Source: Pseudovirgaria hyperparasitica (lineage: Eukaryota). From it: DNA of 59,679 nt. The notes under the pieces were generated by a model that worked only from the letters and a program-made list of their open reading frames with translations, did not search any database and was not told where the DNA came from. Positions 12,665 through 25,000 of this stretch are shown here, piece by piece. Positions within the stretch are counted from its first letter, which is position 1. Each line of letters begins with the position of its first letter. Position numbers and translations under genes: made by a program. Location: the NCBI GenBank assembly GCA_010093815.1, contig ML996586.1, one strand, 5' to 3'.

Positions 12665-14338
12665 TTAACTTTTCCTATCGCCTTCGAAGCGAGGCTCTCC
12701 TTCTGGAAAAGGAGGAGGAGCATATGCTCTCCTGGGGCCATCGATGGGCGGAAGGTTTTGACCAACCGCGTCTTCGTAACTCGGAGGAGCGTCCTCGTAC
12801 TCCGCGCTAGGCTGCTGGTACACTTGACCCTGAGGTGGTGGTGGACCAGATGGACTTACTGGTGTATTAAGATGAGAAGGCCCAGGAGCAGATGGCCCAG
12901 GAGTTACGACCAGAGGGGGCTTTAATCCAGTTCCGGGCACTGTATCCGCTTCCATGGCCTTTAAGAGTTCCCCAGGTGGCTTAATACCAGATAAGACTCT
13001 CACGGGCAGTCGCAATGGAAGGACAACTAGTTGGTCTTTACCATGCTGATAAGTTCCGTAACCAAGACCAACTCGAACTTCAAGCTCGTAATGCCTCGAG
13101 ATACTACAAGTTTCGAACGAGGGGGCCACTGTGTTTGGTAAAGGGTTGCCCATCCAGTACTCTGGATTGATGGCAGTTTCCGTATCGACAGCATCGCTGG
13201 GTGACCCGATCGGTATCGCCATATTGCTAAGGCTGACGACAATCCAGCTATTCGATTCGGTGCGCGAGAACTCGTGTGCTCGTACCTTTGTGTAACCTAT
13301 CAGCTCAATCTGGAGCATTTGCAGATATACATTTGCGGTCCGTTCGCTGAGCTGCTTCAGCAATATACGGAGTGGCAACTCATCATTGCAGGTGAGTGTT
13401 GCAGGATTCGGGAGGCGCACGTCTACTGCGAAGCGTGGCGGCGGACCAAGAGAGCCGACAGGAGGACTTCCGGGCCCCGATGAAGACGACTTAGACAGTG
13501 CTCCGAATATGCTCTTCTTTCTTTCCGGGCCTGTCTCTGGAAGGAACTGATGCTGCCTCCTTGCATATGCCTCGCCATCTCTGCAACCGGGTGGTGGCTC
13601 TATTGGTAGAAAGTTGAAATGGGCCCACTGCAGGAGAGGTCAATGTGAGATTTGTTATCTAAGACAGCCCGTAACATACTGCTCTCAAATTTTCTTTGTA
13701 GAATTGTGGTCTCGCGACAGTCACTTTCACGAAATATCTGATCTCCGCTTCGCCGGGGAAGCCATTCAAGGTAGGAGGTAGCGTCTGTTTGGTGTGTTGT
13801 GTGGGAGGTTTTGCGATCTCCATCTGCAGTCCACCGAAGGTCACCGCAGGTTGATAGCCAGTTTGCTGCCAACATTGGTTATTGAGAGGTATCTGGAGGC
13901 AAATCAGCACTGTGGTACTCCGACGTACTCGATGTAGACTTCGACCTACCTTGAACTCGAAAGGCCAGTCATATTGGCCAGCATTGAGCGTAAAGGAATT
14001 CTTCGTTACCTGGCCGTGCATGTGCTGCGGTGGCCATACCGTCAGAGTCTTGTATAGTAACTGTCGAATCTATTAATACCGCAGACAGTGCATGGTACGT
14101 GCAAGAAACAGGGAGCGATCGCATGACTGACTTTGTGAACTTCCAGGACTACTCTCTGACGCTCCGACCTGCCAGGCAGGTTCGGTGCCGTTAGGCGCGT
14201 CTTACACTCGCTCTCGAGCTTCACAACGACCTGGCTCACACTTGTACTAGTGGGTACTTTCAATATGACCTTGCCCTTTACTACATCCAGGTTCGTATAC
14301 AGCGGATTCTGCTTTTCGAGGTAGACGGACACGATCAT
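12665..14338 (-). CDS. Alpha-arrestin (arrestin-N domain protein with PPxY motif), 4 exons
   Basis: YTNLDVVKGKVIL, LNAGQYDWPFEFK, LPPTL...AEIRYFVKVTVARP, APSFETCSISRHYELEVRVG and C-terminal APPSYEDA. Three GT..AG introns at ~14061-14131, ~13896-13949 and ~13631-13680. Confidence 0.88.
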
Positions 14339-14805
14339 TTTCAGGTTGGATTACGCGACAAGGAACCGATGACGACAGGTGGGGCAGATCGCATGGTATG
14401 AATGAGATGACCAAGGGATGATATACTCGGTGGAGCGCGATTCAGGAGTTCCTATGACTTGTAGGAACTGATATAAATGAAGGCTGATTGTGGTTGTGAA
14501 TGCGGTAATCTTTCACACAGCCCGAGGCCGCGTCAACTGTGGTGAGAAAACATGGCTGGCCCGATGGTTTTTGCGGTGCGGTCCGGCAGCAAAACGGTTG
14601 CCTCAGCCCCTCCTGGAGCGTCTCAGCTGGCCTAGTATTGCAGGACTCCGCCCATGGACCAACAAACAGAAAAGTGTGCGTAGCATCGGTGTATAGTCTC
14701 CTATCTGATGTAGCAGAGATTCTTACAAGTCCTTATCTTCGGTATATGCAAATAATTCTGTTGCACTATTGAATATTTATCGGCCATATCTACATCAGGT
14801 CGCAT

Positions 14806-16313
14806 CTACAGTCCCTCCTTTGCTAACATATCTATAACGAGTGTTAACACTGAGAATCTTATCGCTTGTTAACTGGAGATCGGTGTACCTGTGATAGCAA
14901 GATAGAAAGCAATAGCGTTGAAACTGTGGCTATGTCAGTCATCTTGTGGAAGTTCTGGCGTTTCACGTCCCGTTTGCGTTAAGCTTACTTTCGTTTACTG
15001 CCAGTCAGTTCCCAGAAAAACCATTTCAGGCGGTTGGTCCAGTTGATTAGATCTAAGTGGCTCACTCCTACTAGAGTGCCCCTATACTCACCCCACTGAC
15101 TACTGGGAACGCTGGTGTTATGCTTAGTTTCAAGTTCAAGCATGGTTGATCATGAAGAATACCTCACAAGACCATCATTTGGAGCATTTTCCGCTTCCTT
15201 TATGATGTTGAATGATGGGCGGAAGACAGACCAGAAGGTCGGTTCCAAGGACGCACCATAAGAAAAATACCTGGCAAGGGTGAGTGCTATTGAGCCGCGT
15301 ACATAATGTCGAAGACTTAGAACAAACCGGATGCCCTCGACATCTGGTGTTTTGGGATTGAAGTCATTACGCATATACTCCATTGTAAGTTGAGAGAAGG
15401 CGCCTGTCTCGAGACCAAAGCTCTCGAGGATGTTATAGAGCTTCGGAATGTTTATGGCTACCTGTCACTTAGTTACCATGTCTGATGCTCAGGAGAAGGT
15501 CTTACGGCCAATCTGCTTGAACATATAGTCTGCAAAAGCAGATCCCCGATGGGGCGTAGCTATCGTGGTCAAAGAACGTACGTCCACATATAAGGCTTCA
15601 GGCGGCTGATCATATATCTTGCATCGAGTCCACTATACGAGCGTTCAGTCAAGGTCCAAGTGAAAAGGTCGAGTAGTTGTCAATACCCCTGTCGACTGGT
15701 TAGCGAAGTCGTTCAGTCGGTATCCTCAAATTCAATTTACCATGCTATGCCTGATTACAGTCAGCCTTGACACTATCTATGGTATATTTATGTCCTACGC
15801 TATGATGTTCACGCTTTTGCCCCTCGCAAGCCTGTGTATGCTTTCTCCAAGCTTTGCTGCTCTTTCTTCAATGGATCCAGCCGCAGGTGCTGTCGCTGAC
15901 ATGACCTCTATACCGTTAACTTTGAAAGCCTCTCTTATACCTCGCCAGTATTGTACTCCTGGAAGTGATCGACCAGCAAGATGTAATTCATCGAAGCCAA
16001 GGAGGCCATGAGCTAGCACGATTGGATACTTCTACAAGTATCGTGAGTCCATGGTGATTCGTACAAAGTTCCATGAAGAGCTGACTAACTGGTTTTTCTG
16101 CAACATGTCAGACTGTGTATTTCATTGATACCGCAAAAACTTACGATACTTCTCTCGAATTTGCGCATACTCGTCTTGGATTACTTTGCCTAAGTCCCCT
16201 AGACGTGGGTCGGACGTGCCTGCGGCACTGCTGCTATATTGTGACCTGAGCAATGAACCCAAGGGCTTCTTTGACAGAGCAATGCGACATGGCGCACGCT
16301 GGACGAGTAGCAT
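14806..16313 (-). CDS. TGL2: TGL2-like triacylglycerol lipase (alpha/beta hydrolase), 11 exons including micro-exons; apparent 1-nt frameshift at ~15590
   Basis: PIVLAHGLLGF, AHSMGGLDARY (nucleophile elbow), TTIATPHRGS, PNDGLVS, VSHLDLINW and FYLAITDMLAKEGL* were assembled across ten canonical GT..AG introns. Confidence 0.85.
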
Positions 16314-16668
16314 TATTTGATCAATATCCTACTTCCATATCCGTGTTTGGTATAGGGACGCGTAATAGTCGCAACTGGAAAAAAACTGTGGAGGCGCGCA
16401 CGGCATTCGGTGACGTCAACCTCCCATCAGCCGCTGGCAGCTTCCGACTTCTGAGGCCAAGGTAACCGTCCAGCCACAGACAAAAAACACGCTAGTGCGG
16501 TATTACCGACGTTTTACCGCCACACGCGTCTATATTTTAAACCTTAACCTTAAACTTACTTCCTTATCTCTATACCTTACCTCTATATTAACGCTACGCT
16601 TATCTCCGCCCTTATATAGCCCTATATAGCTTATAATTAATAGTATTTACTACTAAGTATTACTATTT

Positions 16669-18209
16669 ATAGCTAAAATAGTATCTAAGGGCTTAAAAAA
16701 GTAAGTAAATCCTTACTTAAAACCTTACTTAAAACCTTATCTTAACTTTACCTTAAGAACTTATATATTTAATCTTAAGCTATCTATACTTTATAAGTAT
16801 ATATAAAATATAACTTATTTTTATATATTTTCTAAACGCGACGTCTTAAAAAACACTATATCTTTAGAATTTTCCTTCTAGATATATCTCTACTTTTCTT
16901 AATTTTTCTAATAATTAAGCTAATATATCTCTAGTAGTATATTATTAAAACTACCTTCTTATTCTAACTCTACTATAGATATTAAAAATCCTAGTAATTC
17001 TAAGCTATTTAAGATATAAGCTTAGAGAAGCTAATAATTAGACTAGGAAGTAAAAGTAAAATAGATTATATAATAGAAAGAAAATAAAAATCTATATATT
17101 TATTAAAGTCACGTAATAAGAGTTTAAAATAGTATTTTAGTAAAAAAGCCAAAAGAAAACAAGAATAATTTATTAGAATTTAAGTTAACTAATAAAGAAG
17201 ATCCTAAGAATCCTAATAATTTTAATATATATATATAGAGCATCTACTAGACTACTTATCTACTAGTATAGTCTAATAATCTTAATTTTACCAAACCTTT
17301 TTCTAAATTTATATATAAAAATAGTAGTAACTACCCGCTATTAGCTTTAGAGAATATAGTACTAGAAGAACTTACTTAGATTATAGAAATAAAAGATATT
17401 ATAACTCCTTCTCTTAGAAATTCTATAAAAGTAGCCGTTTCTAAAATCGCAAAAATAACAAGTAATATATCTCCTCCTCTTATAAATTCTATAAAAACTA
17501 AAACTATAATATTAAAATTAGCTATAGAAATAGACTATAAAGCTACGGAAAAACTAAAGAAGACTCCTTCTTCTTCTATAGTAAATAAGAGAGATAGTAA
17601 AGAAGAAGAGGCTAAAGAAGAAGAGACTAAAGAGGAAGAAGCTAAAGAAGAAGAGCTAGTACTAGTCTCTAAAAAGCTAAAAAAGATAATAAAAGCGCTT
17701 TCTATTATTATTAATACTAAAAAGTTAAAGATAGTATCTAAAAGTTATATATAAACTACGGCTAAAAGCTTAGTAAAACTAAGCTTAACTAAAATAAGCT
17801 TAGTAAAACTAAAAAAAAGGCACCTTCTATTATAGAAATTAAAGATTATAAAGATAATAACATAGAAGATAAGAAACTAGAACTACTAGCTAAAGTCTCG
17901 TTGAAAAAGAGAAAAGTAACTATTAATATTAAGGATAATAAAGAAGATAAAGACGTAGAACTAGTGGTAAAAGTTTTGAAAAAATTAAAGAAACGCCGCT
18001 CTTCTACTATAAAAGCTAAAAAGGTAGCTCCGATATATAAAGTAGTACTAGCTAAGAAAAGCTTAAAAAATTTAAAAAGAAAAGTATCTTCTATTAAAGA
18101 AGATAAAGAAGAAGAAGATAAGGATAAAGATAAGAATAACGCTAGAGATAATATAGAAGACTCTAATAAAATCTCTAAAAAGCTAATAAAAAGTCGTTAA
18201 AATACTAAG
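16669..18209 (+). pseudogene. RIP-inactivated intron-containing gene with K/E-rich low-complexity C-terminal half, cut by the LTR at 18210
   Basis: ATA(ATG)GCTAAA start, gtaagt..taag intron 16701-16757, then a long frame with only TAA/TAG stops (..KEDPKNPNNFNIYI*SIY*TTY.., KEEEAKEEETKEEEAKEEE). Confidence 0.55.
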
Positions 18210-18437
18210 TATTAAGATCATTAACACGTTAAGTTAAATTAGTTATAAAGTATACTATTTTCTATCTATGTATCCGGTCGGTTATATTTATATATCTAAC
18301 TAGTGTGGTGAGCCATCGCTACGTATGTCCCTTTTATAAATGGCTGTGTTCCTAGTATAGTAGTCGCGACGAACTCACAAGTATCTCTCCTAGGTATTAT
18401 AAGTTCTCTTTAAACGCACGACTTCTTATTAGTTCTC

Positions 18438-18727
18438 NNNNNNNNNNNNNNNNNNNNNNNNNNNNNNNNNNNNNNNNNNNNNNNNNNNNNNNNNNNNNNN
18501 NNNNNNNNNNNNNNNNNNNNNNNNNNNNNNNNNNNNNNNNNNNNNNNNNNNNNNNNNNNNNNNNNNNNNNNNNNNNNNNNNNNNNNNNNNNNNNNNNNNN
18601 NNNNNNNNNNNNNNNNNNNNNNNNNNNNNNNNNNNNNNNNNNNNNNNNNNNNNNNNNNNNNNNNNNNNNNNNNNNNNNNNNNNNNNNNNNNNNNNNNNNN
18701 NNNNNNNNNNNNNNNNNNNNNNNNNNN
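18438..18727. other. Assembly gap (N run)
   Basis: 290 N. Confidence 1.
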
Positions 18728-21700
18728 GGTAAACCTTAGCCTAGATTATTAGTTAAGGGCAGCCCTTAACTAATAATTAGGTAGGTTTTTAGGCGCCTAA
18801 TCTTAGTACTCGAGGTCGCGAGCCAGCTCCTAAAGAATTATATTACTTATCTTAGAGAGGTTAGATTCCTCCTCGTTAGATAGTTCGTTAGGCCTCTTCT
18901 ATCTATAGAAGTTCTCTTTAATATTATCTAGGCCCGCGTTAGACTTAAATTTCTTAAAATTAATTAGCCGCTTAGCGGCGCGTGCCTTATTAAATTCCTT
19001 CTAGAACGACCTATCCCTATAGACTAGCCTTTCCTACCTTACTATTTTCTTAAAGGTCTCTATAAATACCCTCGAGCCCTCCTTAAACTAGGCGTCTACC
19101 TTAGCTTTAAGTTATTAAGGACTTATATTAAGCTACGTAGCTACCTCTTCTTTTACCTTCTAGCTATTCTATCTTTTACGGCCGACTAATACGTTACTAA
19201 CGGCGTTAAAACTTAGGAGTTAAACTACGGCTAGAAAGGTAAAAGGAATCGCGCTATATTTATTAGAAAATCCTAACGGAGACGTAGGTCCCGGAGTTAA
19301 ATTCCTATGAGCTACTATAAGTTGTTCCTATATGCCTATTTTAGGCACTTCTATTATTATGTAATTAGGGCTAATCGCGATATACTATGGAAGCATCGTA
19401 CGTCTTCCACCCTTTACGGGCCCCTAGGCGCCGTGTATTATTAGTAGGCTAGAGATATATATTTTAAGGGACTAGTAGGGGACCGGGACGAAGGGACTAA
19501 ATCGTTTCTTATCGTCCGTATTATAGATCTTATTATTAATAGCCGTAATTATACCATTTCGATTGACCCCCTTGCGGAGCTTAGCCTTTAACTACTATTT
19601 ATTTAAGAACTTATAGGAGCGGGGAATAATTATAGTATAGTTATTACTTCGTTCGTCGTTAAGACTAATACTCCCCTAGATTATATTAAACCCGTGTCTA
19701 TTACTAGGATCGAGGATTTAATTAATGGCGTTATCGAGATACTTAAAACCCGTCTTATTACCCCTATCCTAGGACTTCGTATAGTACGGGTACGAGATTA
19801 GATAGTAGTTAAGATCGGGCCGAAGAGCGATATAGGTGAGCTAGTAAAGTAGGTATTACCTAATAAACTATTAGATATAGGAGTGGTATATAGTTCGTAG
19901 CTAGCCGTAGTTCGATTTCTTATTAAACATGCGCTAGTGGTACTTATATATATTAAATTCATCCCTCGCGAGTTCTAGAATACTCTTATTAAGTATAGAG
20001 GTCGTCTTTTTAAGTAGCTCGAAGAGCCCTTTAATATTAATACTTCTAGTACGTTCCTACTCGTCGAAGAGTTATCTATCTATTCTACCGTCCTCCTTCT
20101 AAATTATAAATATAATACTAGTAAGGATGGTTTTAATATTAATAACTTACTTCGGGGTCTCTAGGGCCTAGTAATAATAGATATCTAATGCCTCTATCGG
20201 ATAAGATAGCCGCGCGTACTTCGCGAACTAGGTATAGTAGTTCTTATAAACTTTAAGGGCCCCCATATTATCTCTAAACTTATATACTATTTTAAGTCTT
20301 ACTACTAGGTTTAAGTAGGACACGCTAACGAGTATATTATTCTTTCTAGCCACGTCTTGGTAATGCTTATAGTAGACTTTATACGGAATAGCTATGTTAC
20401 CTATCTACGCTTTCTAGCGCGCTAGTAGGGCCATTCCCTTAATACTCGTGAAATTCTTCTTTAATAATATAGCTACCTTAAAAGTCTTCGTCACTAAAGG
20501 CGCGCATTAATACTTCTTAGGCTTATCCTCTTCCTTAACCGATACTATTATCTTAGGGTACGAACTAAGAATAACCGGGGATTATCGTGTAGGCGCCCCT
20601 AGTAATTACTAAGGGCCGGTAGATAAGGTACGTCCGCGAGTGGGTTTTATTAGCGTGGCTATAATAGATACTAAAGAGATTCTCGCATGGCCTAGTAAGG
20701 GACGTATACTAGTAGTAGTAGGAGGAATACTTACTTTAAATAGATAACTAGCTTTAAAGAGACGACATACTACTAAACTAGAAGGCGTGCTTCGTGGAGG
20801 GGACTTTACTATAGACGTTATCTACGCTAGTTTTAGCGACGGTAAGGTCTAAGGCGGAGGCGATATACTTATCTCTTTGATTTATAGGTAGTATTCGACG
20901 GGCCTATAAACTATTCTACTTATCTATAACTATTAACTAGCGGGGATAATAAGTCCCGTCTTATTATAGAACGTTAGTTTATTTTATCGGCTAGGGTAGT
21001 TTAAGAGTTACTAGAGAGATAGACCATCCTCGTTACTATCGCTGGCTAGGGCGGTATCGATATTAGAGCTCTAAAGATATACCTTAATTCTCTTTCCCTT
21101 CTATCCCTAGCCGATTCGGGACTATAGAGATACGTTTAACTAGTTCCTCGCTCTCGCCCATGTCCGCATTTATAAGAGCGCTACTAGCTTTTCTATAAAG
21201 TTCTATGTTTACTAGAGCTATCCGAGGGCGGATTAGAGTAACTAGCTATTATTATTAGAGAGGTCTTTTTACTAGTTTTATAGAATCGTATTTTTAGCTT
21301 TTAGGATATAGAAGTTAGTATCTCTTCTACGACGAATTATCTCGTGGACTTCTTTCGGAATAGAGGAGTTAATCTTTACCTTACTATACCCTATTACGGC
21401 TCCTACTTCCTAGAAGAGATTAACTATACTACTTAAGAGCTATTCTATAAGGCTAGTAATATAAAGGAGATTATTAAACGTGTCTAGAATATAGTCCTAT
21501 TACTCTTACGGGTCCTAGATAGCGATAATTCGGTTAATAGTAGACTTATTTACTTCTATAGCTTCTATAGCCTATCCGTACGGAGTAGTAGATGGCCTTA
21601 ATACTACGATAGCCGTTAATAGCCCTACTTTAGTACTTACGACTCTTAACTAGAACCGCGTCTATCTTATTAGTACTTAACGATCTTATAACTCTTTATA

Positions 21701-21730
21701 GATAGACGTTTTCTTTTTCGGCGGGGCTAT
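18728..21730 (-). pseudogene. RIPed third ORF of element B (~1000 codons, sense to gag-pol), unknown function
   Basis: Starts ATA(ATG)-APPKKKTS. Same frame at every block checked (21730-21660, 21480-21000, 20100-19980, 19320-18728) with only TAA/TAG stops; runs into the gap. Confidence 0.7.
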
Positions 21731-21884
21731 TATTATTATCGGTTCTATTAGTAAGTTATATTCTAAGAAGAGGTAGTTAAGCGAGGCGGAAGTAGAGGAG
21801 GAGGTTTTATTAATTAAGGAGGTATAGAGAGGTATAAGAGGGAAGAGTTATATACTATCTTAAGTTCTCTTTTTATGCCTCCTC

Positions 21885-22054
21885 GAATGCCGGGTATATA
21901 GTAATTTTTATAAATAATCCTTACTAACGGCCGTAGGCCCGTATACGTGTCGAATCTATAAATGAATATATACTAGGTATATAGGAAATCTATAAATAAA
22001 TGTATCTACCGGGTATATAGCGGAATCTATGAATAAATAGATACCGGGTATATT
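21885..22054. repeat. ~34-37-bp degenerate tandem repeat (gaatctataaat..ccgggtatatag) x3-4, upstream of the element B third ORF
   Basis: Units at ~21952, ~21985 and ~22023, partial unit at 21885. Confidence 0.7.
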
Positions 22055-25000
22055 CTTACCCTTATAAGACTTCCTATAAGTATCTTTTTCTCCTATACCT
22101 CCTCCTTCTTTTCTTCCTTATTAGTTTCTAATGGGGCCCGTTCTATAGTAACGAAATAGGCCTTCGATAGATAGGCTTCGATTACACGACCGGCTTTAAT
22201 ATATAGTAGGTGGAATTCGCGTAAACGCTATTATGTCTTCTTTCGAGCATTACTTACTTTAATAATAAGTTTTATTATTTTATAGTAATAATAGGGTTTA
22301 TTATCCTCTTTCGATGATGGAGTTCATCGTCCTTTTTCGATGATAGAGTTTATCGTTATAAGACTACTTTTATAAGTATCCCTTCCCTCCTTAAAAAAAC
22401 TTCTATCCCCTAGAAGAAGATATCGATTCTAGGGAAACATAAATATTCTTCTCTATTAAAGTCTTGCGGAGTAGAAATTACCACTTCTACCCGGGTTCGT
22501 ATGGCGTCGTTAAGGTATTCTATAAGTTATTTATAATAGTTTTCCTTATTACTACTCTCCTTATTTTCCTCGGTAATTCTTCTAATTAGTAGTTATAAGG
22601 GCTCGTCGTAACTCTCGCTACTTATATTTCTTATAAAATATTTCTTTAACCTATGGCTAGGAAACGTCCCTCTAAGCATGGCTCTATTAAGCTCCGCGAG
22701 CTTATAAGTATAATTAAACACGGACTAGATTCTATATAGCCCCCTCTAATACTACCTTAGCTTCCGCCCTATATCCTTCTATCGCTACGAGTCGTATAGA
22801 AGGATAATCGTGTTAACTAGTAATAACTCTTAACGAAGGTAATGGTTATTATTCTATACCTCTCTCGATTCCTCACGCGTTCGTGTCGTATAGGTATAGA
22901 CCTCCTTAAGATCCTCGGATATTCTCTTAAGTTATCTAGCTTAAAGAGCGAGTAAGTCGGATATTAATCGTACCTCGTTCTAAGGGAGTATTTAGAGCGA
23001 CTCGAATTCGACTTTAATAGGCATGATTAGTTTATAGCTAAGCACGAGGTATACGGTACTATACCCTATACTAGCACGTGTCGTTATTCTATCTACCTAG
23101 ACGACCGTATAGAGGTGGCCGGGCTAGTTCTTAAATCCGCTATTAGTTATCTTTATAAGAGTATTAGCGAGTAGTATAAAACTTCTCTTAATAATTCTAT
23201 TTACTCGGGGATTATATATAGACGTAACCTTCTAATAAATTCTATAGAGTCGGAGGAGCTCCTCTATGGCACCTATATTTTCTCTACTACCGTTATAGGT
23301 GATTTTAGAAATAATTCTATATCTATAGATTACGTTTTTAAAGAGGAACTTTATAATAACTATGGACGTAGCCGCCGTATATACCTCCGCCTTAGTCTAT
23401 CCGCTTAGCTATTCTCGTATAGATACTACTTTACTATACCCTATGGAAGGTGGTAGCGTTATTACGTCTAAGTATATTCTTTACTAAAGAATAGGCGTTA
23501 TAACGTAGTAGAGCCCTTTATTAAGACCTCTAAGGAGTTTACTTCGTTATTAATATTCGTTATAGGTTTTTACGTGCTATCGCACGTCTCTATATATATC
23601 TACCTACTAATACTTATCTTTAATCCTTCCGAGGGTTCCTTCGCTACCTCTATAATCTATCTTATCATAAGTAGCGGTAATTATACGCGCCCTAGTATTC
23701 GGATCCTTAATTACTCGTATATATTAGCGATACCTATCTCCTCTCCACTAGAGTATTCAGTCACACACAAGGAACTTTAGGTAGTTAGTTATAAAGACCT
23801 TATACGCTCGGTCGGTTAGGTCGGTTAGCCTCTTAAGTATAGTAAGGTACTTCGTAATCCTCTACTATTTATTACTATATTTATCTATTAAGGGAGACTT
23901 AATGGCGGTATAGTTAAGTATCCCTATTATATAATCTCTCCCGCTAACGGGCTTAATTAACAACGTCTCTAGCACGTCTATATATAGAGCTATATCCACG
24001 AACTCGTCTAGATTAAAGGTAGAGACGTCTAGTGGTTCTTCTCCTTCGTATATTCGTAAGATACTATCGGCGACTATATTACGCTTCCTAGGTACGTGTC
24101 TAACTATAAAGTTCTATAGCTAAATCCACGCGAGCCACCTAGTAACGAGCGCCCCTAGTAAGTTAGTTATAGTATGGTTAATTTAAGTGACTAGAGTATT
24201 CGTATCTATTTCTATAATAAAGTACGTGCTATAGAGATATTACCAGAACTTCTATAACGCGTAGAGGAGGGCTCGGTACTCTAGCTTCACGGTATCGTAG
24301 TTTCTCTTAGCTTTTAACTATATTCCTCTATTATACCGTGATAGCTAATATTTACGATCCTCGTTCTCCTATATTAATATAGCTCCCTATCTAACGTTAC
24401 TAGAGTCTACTACTAGAATTATATCTCCCGTATCTATCCCGTACCATAACGTTATTAGTGCGGGAGTAGTAGTTAGAGCTATCTTTAGCGCGTCTATTAA
24501 GGTCTACTCCTTAGCTATCTACTACTAGGCCGATTTATTCTTTAATAGTATAAATAGCGGCGATGTAATAACAGCGTACCCGGGGATCTATATCTAGAAA
24601 TATATATAAACGCTAAGGAAGGCTCGCATATTTATCGTGTTTTTATAGGGTTTCTAGTCCCTAATAGTAGTAACCTTTTTATTACTTAGTCGCCTCCCTT
24701 TAATGTCGTAGACGTATCCTATAATATTAGCGGCTTTAATATACCACTAAGTCTTCTTACTACTTAGGGCGTATCCGGCGCGCTCTATATCCGCGAGAAC
24801 CTTATCTACGTTAATTAAATATTCTAGGATATACCTATAAATTCTAGGCAGGGCCTCCTTAGAGTTATATTTCGTTATAGGTCCTTTAATGCCTAAGTCA
24901 TCTAGGAATAGTAGAGCCCTCTCCGGGATGTATTCTTATATAATAGTTAATATAATTCTAACGAACTAAGCTACTAAATTAGTAGCCCCTTAAGGTAATA

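Noticed and set aside
309..16465. Many short ORFs overlapping real genes (e.g. 4573-5004, 7949-8557, 12596-12925, 1995-2243)
   Set aside because: Antisense or alternative-frame shadows of identified genes, or short intergenic ORFs without recognisable motifs.
16538..16740. aacctt / ccttacttaaaa repeats as telomere-like sequence
   Set aside because: Only 2-3 imperfect units, not (CCCTAA)n; the second set lies in a predicted intron.
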